Shown here in pieces: positions 39,548 through 53,043 of a stretch of DNA of 64,000 nt. A program made the position numbers and the translations under genes. Numbering within the stretch: position 1 is the first letter of the stretch; the number at the start of each line of letters is the position of its first letter. The notes below the pieces were generated by a model, which was not told where the DNA came from, did not search any database, and saw only the letters and a program-made list of their open reading frames with translations. Source of the DNA: Octopus vulgaris (Eukaryota); assembly GCA_951406725.2 (NCBI GenBank), contig OX597823.1, positions 96,782,001 to 96,846,000 on the forward strand, written 5' to 3'.

Positions 39548-39792
39548 GTGGCAATTATTGTTGGGTCCTTGGTAACAGTATTAGGAGGCATCAAGAGGAA
39601 TATAAAAGAAATTGGAATAGAGTGCCCAGTAGAACTGTTACAAAAGGTTTGCCTCCTTGGCAGGGCCAGAATAAACAGGAAAGTATTAGATAGCTGAAAA
39701 GAACAAATAGCATGGTACTGTAGGCTGCAGGTATTAAGTCCGCTATACATGCAAGACTCCAGGAGTTCCAACAAAACCTGTGACAAAAAGAA
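39548..39792 (+). mobile_element. Second R4/Dong-type 3' end in (TAA)n
   Basis: VAIIVGSLVTV..IGIECPVELLQKVCLLGRARINRKVLDS* matches the RLE-LINE C-terminus; long (TAA)n on both sides. Confidence 0.8.
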
Positions 39793-39827
<35 letters not shown>

Positions 39828-41295
39828 TATTGATGATGATGATGATGATGATTTCTTTTATTTGCCACCTGGGCGAAGATGAAGGGGACAAATAATTATT
39901 GTATATAGTACTCAGGTGTCCTCATTGGAAAAGGGTAAAAGAGGGATTAGGAAGCAGTAATAAGTTAAATAAAGAAAGCCAGCAATATCAACTGAAAGTA
40001 CTTACCTAATACACAGAATAAGACAAAAAAACACAGAAAAGCGAAGTGCGGTAAAGCCATAAAGTGGAAAAGTTGTATAGGCATGTCAGGAGTACTATTG
40101 GCAAATTTCAAAAAACAAAGAATTTTTGCCATGTTTCAGTGTAAGAATTCATTATTTTGCGACCAATTCTATTCATTGTACTTTTCCCCTACAAATTTAT
40201 AGACTTGTTTTTAATGTTTAAAACACATTAGTGGGTGGTGGTGAATTTCAGGGTGCATGGAATTTTTGAAGGATACATTGTCCTGGCAGCTTCTAACTGA
40301 CACGGGTAGTTTATTCTTCCATACTTCAGAAATGCTTCTGAGTGTAAAAAATAAAAATTTCCAAAAATCATGGGTGCCACACTTTTTTTTTTTTTAAGCA
40401 CCATCCCTTGGAAAAAAAAAAAAAGAAGGAAAGAAAGAGAGACCCCGTATATAATATCTCCATGTCTACATGATATCTATGTGTCCTTGAATAAAGGCAA
40501 TGTCTCCAGTGGTTGTACCCAAACTTCCTAAGATATTGCTTACCTCGTCAAAATTAATTTCAATGAAATTGTTAATATTTTCATTTACTTTTCTTTTTTC
40601 CTTTTTGTTTATTTATTTTTTTGCATTTTTGGCATTTACTCACTGAAATAGCTTCTCCCCTCCTCCTCTTCTTCCCCCTCCTCCTCCCCTTATCATGTAA
40701 GGCATCTTAAGGGTATTTAAAACTAAAAGTTCTACTCCTTCACCTTTACCATCCCCTGACCCCGCTCTCTCATGACACTGCCGGGGGGGTGGGGGTTTAG
40801 TTCTTATCTTGTTACTTTGCAATTTACCATTGAAAATTAAAAAAAAGCAGAAAACATTTCCCCGTTTTGGAGCTGAGTTGGGAAGAATTCCGATTAAAAG
40901 TGTTTTAAAGTCATCAGGTAATTTACTCTCACTGTATTTTATTTCCAAGTAAAACAAACACACACACACACACACACACACTGTTGTCTTCTGTCTTACC
41001 CTCTTTCTTATTATCTCTCTTTCTCACTTATCCATTCACTGTCTCTCCCCCTCTCTCTCTAACTAATCTTTCACTTTCTCTCTCTCTCTCTCTCTCTGTT
41101 CTTTCACTCTTTCTTACCCATACTTTCTCTTTTTCTTCTTCTCATTCTCACTTTCCACTCCTTCCTACCACTACCCCCCCTCCTATTCTCTCTTATATTA
41201 CTGTATCTGGTCAGCTGGCAAAAATGGCAAAGTATCTGTAATTCAAAGAGTCTGTTTGTCACATTCAGTGTCACACTGAATCTTCCTGAGAACTG

Positions 41296-41710
41296 TGTGG
41301 CTGTGTGGTAAGTAGCTTGCTAACCAACCACATGGTTCCGAGTTCAGTCCCACTGCGTGGCACGTTGGGCAAGTGTCTTCTGCTATAGCCCCGGGCCGAC
41401 CAAAGCCTTGTGAGTGGATTTGGTAGACAGAAACTGAAAGAAGTCTGTCGTATATATGTATATATATATATATATATATATAAGTGTGTGTGTATATGTT
41501 TGTGTGTCTGTGTTTGTCCCCCTAGCATTGCTTGACAACCGATGCTGGTGTGTTTACGTCCCCGTCACTTAGCGGTTCGGCAAAAGAGACTGATAGAATA
41601 TGTACTGGGCTTACAAAGAATAAGTCCCGGGGTCGATTTGCTCGACTAAAGGCGGTGCTCCAGCATGGCCGCAGTCAAATGACTGAAACAAGTAAAAGAG
41701 TAAAGAGAGT
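41296..41710 (+). mobile_element. Young full-length SINE A nested in a SINE D (41210-41815)
   Basis: CpG-rich family A copy; family D body resumes at 41711. Confidence 0.9.
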
Positions 41711-42250
41711 ATGTCTGTGGGGTGCTCAGCCACTTGCACATTAATTCCACCAGCAGGCTTTTCCATTGGTTCGATTAACCGGAACTCTCGTTGTCATAAC
41801 CAATGAAGTACCAGTTTGTGTTTTTCTTTTCATTTTAACACTATTTTAACACTTTCTCATTTTAACACTGTAGAGTGTTTACACTATATTACACTATTAA
41901 CACTCTACCCTGTGGGAGTGGTTGATGTTAAGAAGGGGATCCAGGTTTAGAAAACCATGCAAAATCAGACTGGAGTCTGGTGCAGCCTTCCAGCATGCCA
42001 GTCCAGTCAAACTGTCCAACACATGCCAGCATGGACAACGGACGTTAAATGATGACGGTGATGACTGACCAATTTACAGGTTATTTGTGGACTTAAAATT
42101 CTGAGTTCAAATCATACTTGAAGTACTCTTTACATTTAATAGACTGGCAATTCAGTATGATAGGCTAATATTATATGTAACAGGCTAACATTGTAAGGAG
42201 TAGACTAACCTTATATGAGGCTGAATTGCATTGCATCTCATTGGGCAGCG

Positions 42251-42530
42251 TTATGTATGGTTGAATAGCATCATATGTGGTTGAATAACACTATATCTGG
42301 TTGGATAGCTTTATATCTGGTTGAATAGCTTTATATCTGGTTAGATAGCATTATATCTGGTTGAATAGCTTTATATCTGGTTAGATAGCATTATATCTGG
42401 TTGAATAACATTATATCTGGTTGAATAACATTATATCTGGTTGGATAGCATTATATCTGGTTGAATAACATTATATCTGGTTGGATAGCATTATATCTGG
42501 TTGGATTGTTTTATGTATAGTTGAACAGTA
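42251..42530. repeat. 20-bp minisatellite (TTATATCTGGTTGAATAGCA), ~14 units
   Basis: Contiguous units without spacers; degenerate units upstream to ~42160. Confidence 0.95.
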
Positions 42531-42875
42531 ACATATATAGCAGAGTAGCAGCTTATCCAGGGGAAGGTTTGTCTCTCCGGCTACTGGGTTATGAGAAGCT
42601 TGAGCCACTGTTTGTGCCACATCTAAAGAAATTAAAATGAAAAATGTTATTCAATTCACTAAGAGTGATGGAATTTGTGAAATGAAGTATATTTTAGGAC
42701 ACAGGTATGGCTGTGTTCTAAGGAGTTTGATTTCCAATCTTGTGATTTCAAGTTCAGTTCCACTGTGTGTTATTTTGGTCAAGTGTTTTCTACTATAGCC
42801 TTGGAACTAGCCTTGTGAATAAATTTGGTAGATGGAAAACAAAAGAAGCTCATCATGTGTGTGTGTGTTGGTGCA

Positions 42876-42920
<45 letters not shown>

Positions 42921-42924
42921 TTCT

Positions 42925-43340
42925 CTTTTCTCTCTTTTACTTGTTTCAGTCAATTTGACTGCGGCCATGCTGGAGCACCGCCTTTAGTCAAGCAAATTGA
43001 CCCCCGGACTTATTCTTTGTAAGCCTAGTACTTATTCTATCGGTCTGTTTTTCCGAACCGCTAAGTTACAGGGACATAAACACACCAGCATCGGTTGTCA
43101 AGCAATGTTGCGGGGACAAGCACAGACACACAAACATATACACACATACATGTATATATATACATATACATATATACAACAGGCTTCTTTCAGTTTCTGT
43201 CTACCAAATCCACTTACAAGGCTTTGGTTGGCCTGAGGCTATAGTAGAAGACACTTGCCCAAGGTGCCATGCAGTGGGACTGAACCTGGGATCATGTGGT
43301 TGGTAAGCAAGCTACTTACCACACAGCCACTCATACGCCT
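42925..43340 (-). mobile_element. Full-length SINE A
   Basis: Reverse complement of 41296-41710. Confidence 0.9.
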
Positions 43341-44157
43341 ATGATAAATATAATAAATAAAACTTGTGTCTAACTCTTCACATTCCATTATCTTTTAACC
43401 ATTACGATGCACATGTGATAGGAAAATTCACTGATGGCTGTGAGAATGGCAATACCAATGATGGTTATTAATAATTACTAATACTTAAATGGCCAATACT
43501 TGATTGGTCACTCTTGTATGTAAGTGCCTACTTTCAGTTCATTTAGTCACGTATTTACTGATCTTGTTACTTCAAGAGAACACACAACAAGCAATGTCAT
43601 TCCTGATGATGATGAGGATGGATGAGGTTTCAAGTTGTTCTGACTTGCAAGAACAATAAAACTTGGCATGAAACACTTCCCGAATTGTTTTTTCCAAGTA
43701 CTTTCGAGTCCTTAGATGCAAGCATGACTCTGTGGTTGAGAAGCTTGCTCCCACAGTCATTATGGTTTTTAAGTTGGCACATTCGGCAAGTGCCTTCTAC
43801 AATAGTTCCAAGATGAACAAAGCCTCATGAGTAGATTTGGTAGATGGGAAACTGAAAGAAGTTTGTTGTTTATGTGTGTATAGCAGCTCCATTGTGTGAC
43901 TTTTAGTGGACCCCAGCAACTTTGTTTCGGGGCCCCATTCCTTCAATCAAAATTCATAATCTGTGCACCCTTTATTCATAGCTATATTTTACTTTATTCT
44001 ATCTGAAGTTCAATATTTCCCATTATCCTAAAGAGCATCTTTAAAAGTACAACATGTTAAATTTATTTAGGTCTCTTACAAATTCCAATAAGTAAAACTT
44101 CCAGATATGAATAAAAGAGCACTTTTATAATCCAGGCAACTTTCAAAGACAAACATG

Positions 44158-44262
44158 GTGCACTTTTCACTTTGTGAAATCATCGATCAGTTCAGAATAA
44201 TCAGGCTGAGAGCTAAGTTCGTCTTCAATAGATATCATAGACAATCCACCAAAGTCTGGTAC
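44158..44262 (-). pseudogene. hAT transposase C-terminal (dimerisation region) relic
   Basis: DFGGLSMISIEDELSSQPDYSELIDDFTK*K resembles RLxxLAxLSIExxxxxxxDYxxLIDxFAxxK. Confidence 0.6.
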
Positions 44263-45239
44263 ACGTTTGTGGTATATTGAGTTTGATGTGGGGTCATGTG
44301 CCTTTTTTTTTTCCGTTCTGAGTTAATATCCTTCTGGGATCAACATTGTTTATAGACTATTAGAAGGGTGTGTGTGTGTGTGTGTATGTGTGTGCATGTG
44401 CATGCATGTGTGTGTGATTGCGTGTGTGTGTGTGTGATTGCGTGTGTGCGCGTGTGTGTGTGTGTGTGATTGCGTGTGTGTGTGTGTGCATGTTTGCAAG
44501 TGGATGAGAAGTAATAGAGTAAATGTCAGTTAATTACTGAGCTATTGATTAAATCAGCTAAACCCTTGCTCTCTTTTTCCTTCTCAACATGAAAATATGT
44601 GGACTTGTACCAAAATTAGAAACTGTTACCAATATCATCATCATTGTCATTATAGTCATTGTAATTAACATTCATTCTAATTAAGACTTGTCATGAATCA
44701 AATGAAGTTTGGGTAGCTGACTGATCATACCTTTTCTGCTTTCATTCTCTCTCTCTCTCTCTCTCTCATTGCTATCACCTTTTCTATCTACTTTCATTAT
44801 TTTCAAGTTGTCCCCACCCGGCTCTCTCTCTCTCTCTCTCCTGCTGATTACACAATATCTCTTGACTCCAGAAACCATTAAGTCTGGGTCAGTGCTACCT
44901 TGCAGCAACAATAGTGATGGTGGTGGTGGTGGTGGTGGTGGTGACAGCACCTACAACCTATACAATACACACCAACCACAACACCACCACCACCACCACC
45001 CTAGCCTCCATCACTACCACCTCCACTATTACTACCTCCATTCTGTGTAATACTCCACCATCATCACCATTTACACCACCGCCACCACCATCTCCATGTC
45101 TATCTCCATTATAGCTTCTTCCTTCATCGCCACTTCTACTGTCACAACAACCACCACCACCATCGCCACCCCACCACCATCACTGCTAACACCAGCTGCA
45201 CCAACACCTCCATCGCCACCATGTTTGCCTCCACCCCCT

Positions 45240-45340
45240 TATTCTATCGGTCTCTTTTGCCGAACCGCTAAGTGACGGGGACATAAACACACCAGCATCA
45301 GTTGTCAAGCAATGCTAGGGGAACAAACACAGGCACACAA

Positions 45341-45409
<69 letters not shown>

Positions 45410-45572
45410 TACGACAGGCTTCTTTCAGTTTCTGTCTACCAAATCCACTCACAAGGCATTGGTCGGCCCGGGGCTATAGCAGAACACTTGCCCAAGGTAC
45501 CACACAGTGGGACTGAACCCGGAACCATGTGGTTGGTTAGCAAGCTACTTACCACACAGCCACTCCTGCGCC
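45240..45572 (-). mobile_element. SINE A, 3'-truncated
   Basis: Reverse-complement head CACAGCCACTCCTGCGCC and body. Confidence 0.85.
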
Positions 45573-46135
45573 TATTGCTTTTTTTATAATTTTCCATAAT
45601 GTATCTAGGAATACAACATCCAGCGTGTTCTTTTTGCCTTCCCAATCAGTTGGATATGGTTTGAGTAAGGTTCTAATAGGTGCCATGGCTGTTAGAAATA
45701 GCAGCCAAATCTCACTCAAACCTCATCCTATCATCTCAAAGACAAGATGGTCACAACTTGTGTTCCAGCAGTGACCATCCTGTCATTTTGTATAATAAGG
45801 CAGGATGGTCACAGCTGGAACAGCCGTACATTGTTTACTGTATCATTCTTTTTTTTATGATAATGTATAAATGTGTGTGTGGATGTATGTGTGGTGTGTG
45901 TGTGTGTGTGTGTGTGTGTGGATGTATGTATGGTGTGTGTGTGTGTGTGTGTGGATGTATGTATGGTGTGTGTGTGTGTGGATGCATGTGTGTGTGTGTG
46001 TGTGTTAATGTATGTGTCTGAACATATACGAGTGTGTGTGTGTAGATACAAGAAATTAAATAGTTATACACTCAGCCGAAACGTGTTAACAACAAACAAG
46101 AGGACAAATATCCATCAAATGTAAATAATGTACAT

Positions 46136-46600
46136 TGACAGAGTGGCTAACCAGCTTCCATGCCAGTGGCACTTAAAAGGCACCATTCGAGCGTGATCGT
46201 TACCAGTGTCGCATTACTGGCACTCAAGCCCCGTGCTAGTAGGGTATTAAGAGCACCATCCGAGCGTGATCGTTGCCAGAGCGGCTATCTGGCCTCCATG
46301 CCAGTGGCACGTAAAAGACACCATTTAAGCAAGATCGTTACCAACGTCACCTTACTGGCACCTGTGCCGGTGGCATGTGTAAAAGATTCGAGCAAGGTCG
46401 TTGCCAGTGCCACCTGACTGGCCCCGTGCTGGTGGCACGTAAAAGCACCCACTACACTCTCAGAGTGGTTGGCATTAGGAAGGGCATCCAGCCGTAGAAA
46501 CTCTGCCAGATCAAGATTGCCATCTGGTTAGCCAACCCTCAGTCATACGTCCAACCCATGCTAGCATGGAAGGCGGATGTTAAACAATGATGTTGATGAA
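46136..46600 (+). mobile_element. Family C RTE-type tail, same subfamily as 1-380
   Basis: Shares GCACCATTCGAGCGTGATCGTTACCA units and the terminal block. Confidence 0.8.
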
Positions 46601-46784
46601 TTCCTCATCTCTCAAATATGGAACTGAAACAATGATTACATTTGACAGAGTAATCAGAATGCAAACAGGTTAATGTACATTTTTCCCATGCTTACCTGAG
46701 TCAGATTTTCTACTGTCAACCTCTTGTCAACCCTCACCTGTTTCCCTTCCGACAAAGGTAATATGGCATCATTTGTGTGAGGCT

Positions 46785-47145
46785 GATGGAGCTTGTGGAA
46801 GAGGGAGACCCATAAAGATAGGGGATGAAGTATTCAGGGCTGATCCCCAAACACTGAGCCTTATGAAAGGAATGACTAAGGACCAAGATATCTGGTACAT
46901 TGTTGGACTCAGGAAGACCTGTCCTCCACAATGGAAATGATTCTGGCACTGGTGCCACATTAAAAGCACCCAGTACTCCCTGTGGAGTGGTTGGCATTAG
47001 GAAGGGCATCCAGCCATAGAAACACTGCCAGGACAGGCAATGGAGCCTGGTGCTGCCCCTGATCTTACCAGCTTCAATCAAACTATCCAATCTATGCCAG
47101 TATGTAAATGGACATTAAAAGATGATGACAACGACAACAACGACA

Positions 47146-47176
<31 letters not shown>

Positions 47177-47180
47177 CATG
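46785..47180 (+). mobile_element. 5'-truncated RTE LINE: ORF end plus 3' UTR and (GAT)n
   Basis: DGACGRGRPIKIGDEVFRADPQTLSLMKGMTKDQDIW..RKT* (stop 46938-46940), followed by the family C terminal block. Confidence 0.8.
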
Positions 47181-48616
47181 ATGTCAAGACAAGGAGACTC
47201 AAACTCACACACACAATATGTAATGGGCTTTCAGTTTCCATCTACCAAATCCACTCACAATGCTTTGGTTGACCTGAAGCTATAGAAGAAGTTCTCTTGC
47301 CCATGGTGCCAGGCATGGGGATTGGACCGTGGTTGGGAAGCAAACTTCTTAATCCCATTGTCATGTCTGCATGTGCATATAGGATTAACACTTCTTTATC
47401 CAGTTTTGTCACTTCCTTTTCAGGGATTGTAGGGGAGACAAAGATCTGGCTGTTATTTATAGCACGTCAAATCATCCTTCCATGTAAAAGTCCCACTTGT
47501 TGGTTACCTGTGGTGTTGTTGGTGATGGTGGTGATGATTGGGGAACTGGAAGGAGCCAAAGATTTTGTTAGAAGTTATAAAAACTCAAGTCCCTTCTTCT
47601 AGTAAAGAAGAAAAAATGGCTTCTGCTGCTGTTATTGTTGTTGTTGATGTTAGTGATGGTGGTGGTGGTGGTGGGTTTCATCTCCCCCCTCCTTCACCAC
47701 CACCACCATAAAGATGATGATGAGTGTGATAATGAATCTATTTCTTTTTTTTTTGTTTCTAAACCAGACACAGCATTCTCTTTCTGAATAAAGAAAGTAA
47801 AAATTAAACATAAAACAAGCAATCAAACACATCTACATTTTTTCTCAGTATAACAACATTCGTTGTCATCAAGGCTGCCACCACTACCACCACCACCACC
47901 ATTATTAGCATCAATGCAACTATTATTGTAATCATTACCAAAACCATCACCACCACCATCACAGATATTATTATCATCATCATCATCATCATCATTATTG
48001 CTATCAAGTTATTACTGACACTTCCACCTTCTTTACTATCACTACTACCCTCATTAACCCCCCAGAGCAATCATCATCCCTACCACCACCACCACCACCA
48101 ACAACAACAACATCATCATCATCATCATCATCAGTAGCAACCGCAGCATGAATAATTTCAAAGTTATTCCATAAAGACCTACACCAGGATATTGAAAAAC
48201 ACATGTGAAAACAAAGAGAAAAAAACCTTTTAATTTAAGGTCCCTCACTTGGGGATTCAGGGGTTTTTATTTTGGAACAGCCTACATTTTTGTCTTCTTT
48301 GATATCATCATCATCATCATCATCATCATAATCATTGTTTTAACGTTCAGTTTTCCATGCTTGTTTGGGTCTGACAATTCTTTGGGTAGATTTTCTGTGG
48401 CCAGGTGTTCTTCCTGGTGTCAGTCCTCACTGGCTTTTAAGCAAGCTAATTTTGCCCCATGACCAAACATGTTTACATGCAAGATTGGTAAGGAATGGCA
48501 CCACTTGCATGACAGTCACACTTGTCTATAACCATTGTGCAATGTCAAGATGTGGAGGCACACACACACACACACATACACACACACACACATACACACA
48601 CACATTCACACACACA

Positions 48617-48647
<31 letters not shown>

Positions 48648-48819
48648 TCAGACACACGTGAGAGGCTTCTTTCAGTTCTGTCTACCAAACCTACTCACAA
48701 GGCTTTGGTCAGCCCAGAGCTGAAGTAGGAGACACTTGCTCAAGGTGTCACACAATGGAACTGAACCCATCACACAGCCACATCTGCTCCTACACAGCTA
48801 TTTTGTTGGTTATCCTGGT

Positions 48820-49285
48820 GACACCCATCTTCTCTTCATGATATGATTGCCATTATCTCTCAAGGAACTCACCTGCCTTTGACAGGTTTTGTTATTTAAT
48901 TCTGCCAAGTGCCCACACAACCTCCTCAAATGGAAAGTCTAGCACTAGGCCAATTTAGTCACCAACCACTCAACCATTAGCAAGTAGTATACAGATACCT
49001 GTAGCAGGTTTCTATCAACCCACAATAGAATTGGTCCTCACCTGACATACAATATCCTTAATTATCTGCAAACATCATACCTTCTCCACCCACTGCTGTT
49101 ATTTATTCAGAAGAATGTGTACCTGTGTTTTTTCTCTGCAAAGAATGTGACTGAGGAACCCCTCCATCTTACCTCATGCATGCAGCTTATATCTATTCAC
49201 CTCTGCTCCAGTATTACGCCTGACCTATCTCTCATTGTAATAATGTCTGTAACTGGCAGCCCTGAATTTTTGCACCTGACAGGAT
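48820..49285 (-). pseudogene. RTE LINE apurinic endonuclease N-terminal relic
   Basis: TMRDRSGVILEQR*IDISCMHEVRWR resembles the TMxGRSxExxxxLxRRxVDIxCxQExRW motif; heavily decayed. Confidence 0.55.
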
Positions 49286-49515
49286 GAGGTATGTGTGTAT
49301 ACATATATGTATGTGTGTAAATATGTATAGATATGTGTATGTGAATGTGTATATCTATGTGGGTATAAGTGTGGTTATGTGTGTGTATGTGTATATGAAT
49401 GTATGTATGTGTGTGTGTATGTGTGCATATATATGTGTTTGTGTGTATATATGTGTGCATGTATTTGTATGTATGCTTGTATGTATGTATCTATATATGT
49501 ATGTGTGTTTGTGTG

Positions 49516-49546
<31 letters not shown>

Positions 49547-49943
49547 CTATATATGTATGTATATGTGTAAAACCTTCCTTCCCTTACACACACACAAACA
49601 CACACAATGTGCCGCCTTCCATTTACAACAGAGTTAATGGCTAATGTTTACTGCTGGAGTAATGTACCATGTATACGTAAACTACAAACACTGCTGACTG
49701 ATCAATAGATAAGATAGGTGTCCCCCCCTTCATCACCACCACCGCTGCCATCTCTTCCTATACAGGATCCATTCGATAAGCTAATACATGCCCACACTCT
49801 CCTGAAGTATTTTTAGGTTATCTTACACAAGACATTATTCTTCTTAAGCACCTATAAATAGCTACTTTAGTATATCTGAGGCCAGACATGCATACACACA
49901 CACACAAGCACACACACACATGCACACACACACACACATGCAT

Positions 49944-49980
<37 letters not shown>

Positions 49981-50044
49981 AATATGTACTTGCATATGTA
50001 TATGTGTCTATGAATATATATGTATGTATGTATATGTGTATGTG

Positions 50045-50432
50045 TTTGTGTGGCTGTGTAGTAAGAAGCATGCTTCACAACCACATGGTTCCGGGTTCAG
50101 TCCTACTGTGTGGCACCCTACTATAGCCTTGGATCGACCAAAGCCTTGTGAGTGGATCTAGTAGAGACGGAAACTGAACGAAACCCGTTGTGTGTGTGTA
50201 TATATATGTGTGTGTGTGTGTGTGTTTGTGTGTCTGTTTTTGTCTCCCCACCATCGCTTGACAACCGATGTTGGTGTGTTTACGTCCCTATAACTTAGAG
50301 GTTCGGCAGAAGAGACCAATAGAAATAAGTACTTGGCTTACAAAGAATAAGTCCTGGGGTCAATTCGTTCGACTAAAGTCAGTGCTCCAGCATGGCCACA
50401 GTCAAATGACTGAAACCAGTAAAGGAATAAAG
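50045..50432 (+). mobile_element. SINE family A
   Basis: Head and tail motifs. Confidence 0.85.
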
Positions 50433-50527
50433 AAATATAAATATATATATCCATACATATGTATACACCCACAAATACAGACACTCACACACAGATATAC
50501 ATATATATGTATGCTTGTATGTATGTG

Positions 50528-50622
<95 letters not shown>

Positions 50623-51368
50623 ATATATATTCCAGGCATTGACCCTCTAATCTCTGGAGAGCCTATTTCCTATTAGGTGTGCCTACATTGTTGCTGTGTA
50701 TATGTGGCATGGAAACATTTCATGAGTTGGAAGATGAACACACACACATACACATAAACTTACATACATACACTTGCACACATATGTACATCCATACGTG
50801 TATATGTGTGTGTGTGTGTGTGTATATTTACATTAGTCACAAGTGTGATCGGTTTATTTATTAGATTTATTATTTCTAGTTTGACCCTTTATAATCTTTC
50901 CTTAGAATTTTTTCTGTATAATCATTTCCTCTGCATTGGTGTGTGTGTGTGTGTGTGCGCGCCTGCCTGCCTGTCTGTCCGTCTGTGTGTGTGTATACAT
51001 GTATGTACATGATCCTATTTACAAAGTAACAGAGGCTTTTCAGACTTGTCTAGTGCAAACTACTCGTGTTTTATGTTGACTTTTTTTTTTTTTCATTTAA
51101 TTAAATTCTACACAATTTATTAATTTTATAAACGCACAAGATTGATTGATATGTTAACCAGATCTCTGGGGTTCTTGTTTTGGGCCTTTGTCATTTTACT
51201 TTTCTGTTTCTGAGTATAATGAAACACACATACACACACATGCACACACACACACACACACACAAACAATGTGTTTATATATATGTTTAAGGAAGATATG
51301 TCCATAACTATATATATATATATATGGAAAATGGATGTTAAACAATGATGATGACGATGAGGATGATG

Positions 51369-51762
51369 ATAAGCAAATATATAATCACAAACGATAGATA
51401 AATGTCAGTTCATTACAGCTGTTTCTAACACACTTTTTAATAGATGAATGAGTGCAGTACATCATAGCAAAAATCCATTTCCATCAGATGATACAGGAGA
51501 TTTCAAACAATGGGAAAACAATTCATGAACACAATGGGAACACATTTGGACACCAGCCCAAGCTGGCCTGGAATGAGAGAACAAAGAAAAGGCTATAATG
51601 ACCATAAAAAGAGCTAGAGAGACATTAGGAGTTTAGTTAGTGGATAAGGGCATAGCCAACATACCTGTATGCTGGCTGTAAATCATCTAGTAAAAACTGC
51701 ATTAGAAACAGCTGTAATGAACTGACATTTATCCATAGTTTGCGATTTATTTATTTGCTTAT
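51369..51762. mobile_element. Palindromic element (family P3) with hammerhead-like motif
   Basis: Arms 51369-51447 and 51683-51762. Minus strand 51491-51410 reads TCAT-CTGATGG-[~55 nt]-GAAA-CAGCTG-TA-ATGA. Confidence 0.7.
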
Positions 51763-52836
51763 AATACACCAAAAGGAATTCCTGATCTGTTGGACATCCT
51801 GGAATTTACCAAACACCATGTGACCAATACAACATAGGCTTTGGACCAGCCCCAAGGTGTTAAATACTCATAACGGTTAAATTCTCTGTATGCATAACCT
51901 GAATATTTTACTGGGTCTACTTCCCAACCCAGTGTATTTATGTGACTAAACGTAGTGTTTACAAGTTAATTCAACCCAACCTGGTGCCTACTATTTAAGT
52001 TCCTGATTCTATCCTGAATCCTTAATATTGTGTATGTGTGTGTGTGTTTTCCATGCTGGCATAGGTTAGATGGTTTGACTGGGGACTGGCAAGCCAGTGG
52101 GCTGCGCCAGGCTCCAGTCGGATGTGACAAGGTTCCTACAACTGGATGCCCTTCCTAACGCCAAATCACAATCTTACAGTCATGAGCCCCTGTAATTTTA
52201 ATCCATGACTAACAACAAAAAAAAACCCACTTAGCTGTGTGGCCTCTATATTCCAAGAAACAATCCTTCTATCTGTAATGACTATTTCTAGAATACCTGA
52301 ATTTCAGAATTAACAGAATTTCATGCCTCACAGTTGTTGAAAGCCAATCACAACACTCCCACGTGCAAACCTCTTCAAATCCAGGATGGACTTAACATCC
52401 TGTGATTCAAATATTTTAGTCATATAAAATGCCATCTGTTTGTTATCTGTTACATTTTCTATTATCACATCTTGCTGTTTATTACCAATTCTTTTTTTTT
52501 TTTCTCTACATTCTGTGTTCAAATCCCACTGAGATGATAAACTTTGCCTTTTGTTTCTCCAGGCTCCAGAAACTAAAGTACCAGTAGAGGGGTCAAAGTA
52601 ATCAACTAACCCCTTTCCCTTAAAAGTTGCTCTTGAATTTGTATCAGAAACAATTGTTATACCTTACTGTTTTCCAGCTCTTAACATTCTGAGTTCAAAT
52701 TCCACTGAAGTCAACTTTGCTTTCATTCCACTGTGTTTGATAAAATAAAGTACCAGTCATGCACTTAGGTTGAAGTAAACCTCCTTCCCTTCAAAATTGC
52801 TAGCCTTGTGTGTAAATTAGAAACAAATATGATACC

Positions 52837-53043
52837 TATTTCTTTACTACCCACAAGGGGCTAAACACAGAGAGGACAAACAAGGACAGACAAACGGATT
52901 AAGTCGATTAAATCAACCCCAGTACGCAACTGGTACTTAATTTATCGACTCCGAAAGGATGAAAGGCAAAGTTGACCTTGGCGGAATTTGAACACAGAAC
53001 GTAACGGCAGACGAAATACAGCTACGCATTTCACCCAGTGTGC
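52837..53043 (-). mobile_element. Young SINE B
   Basis: TSD TATGATACC (52828-52836, 53044-53052); follows two older plus-strand B copies (52515-52830). Confidence 0.88.

Noticed and set aside
42251-42530. CRISPR-like array
   Set aside because: Contiguous tandem units with no unique spacers, no cas genes, eukaryotic context.
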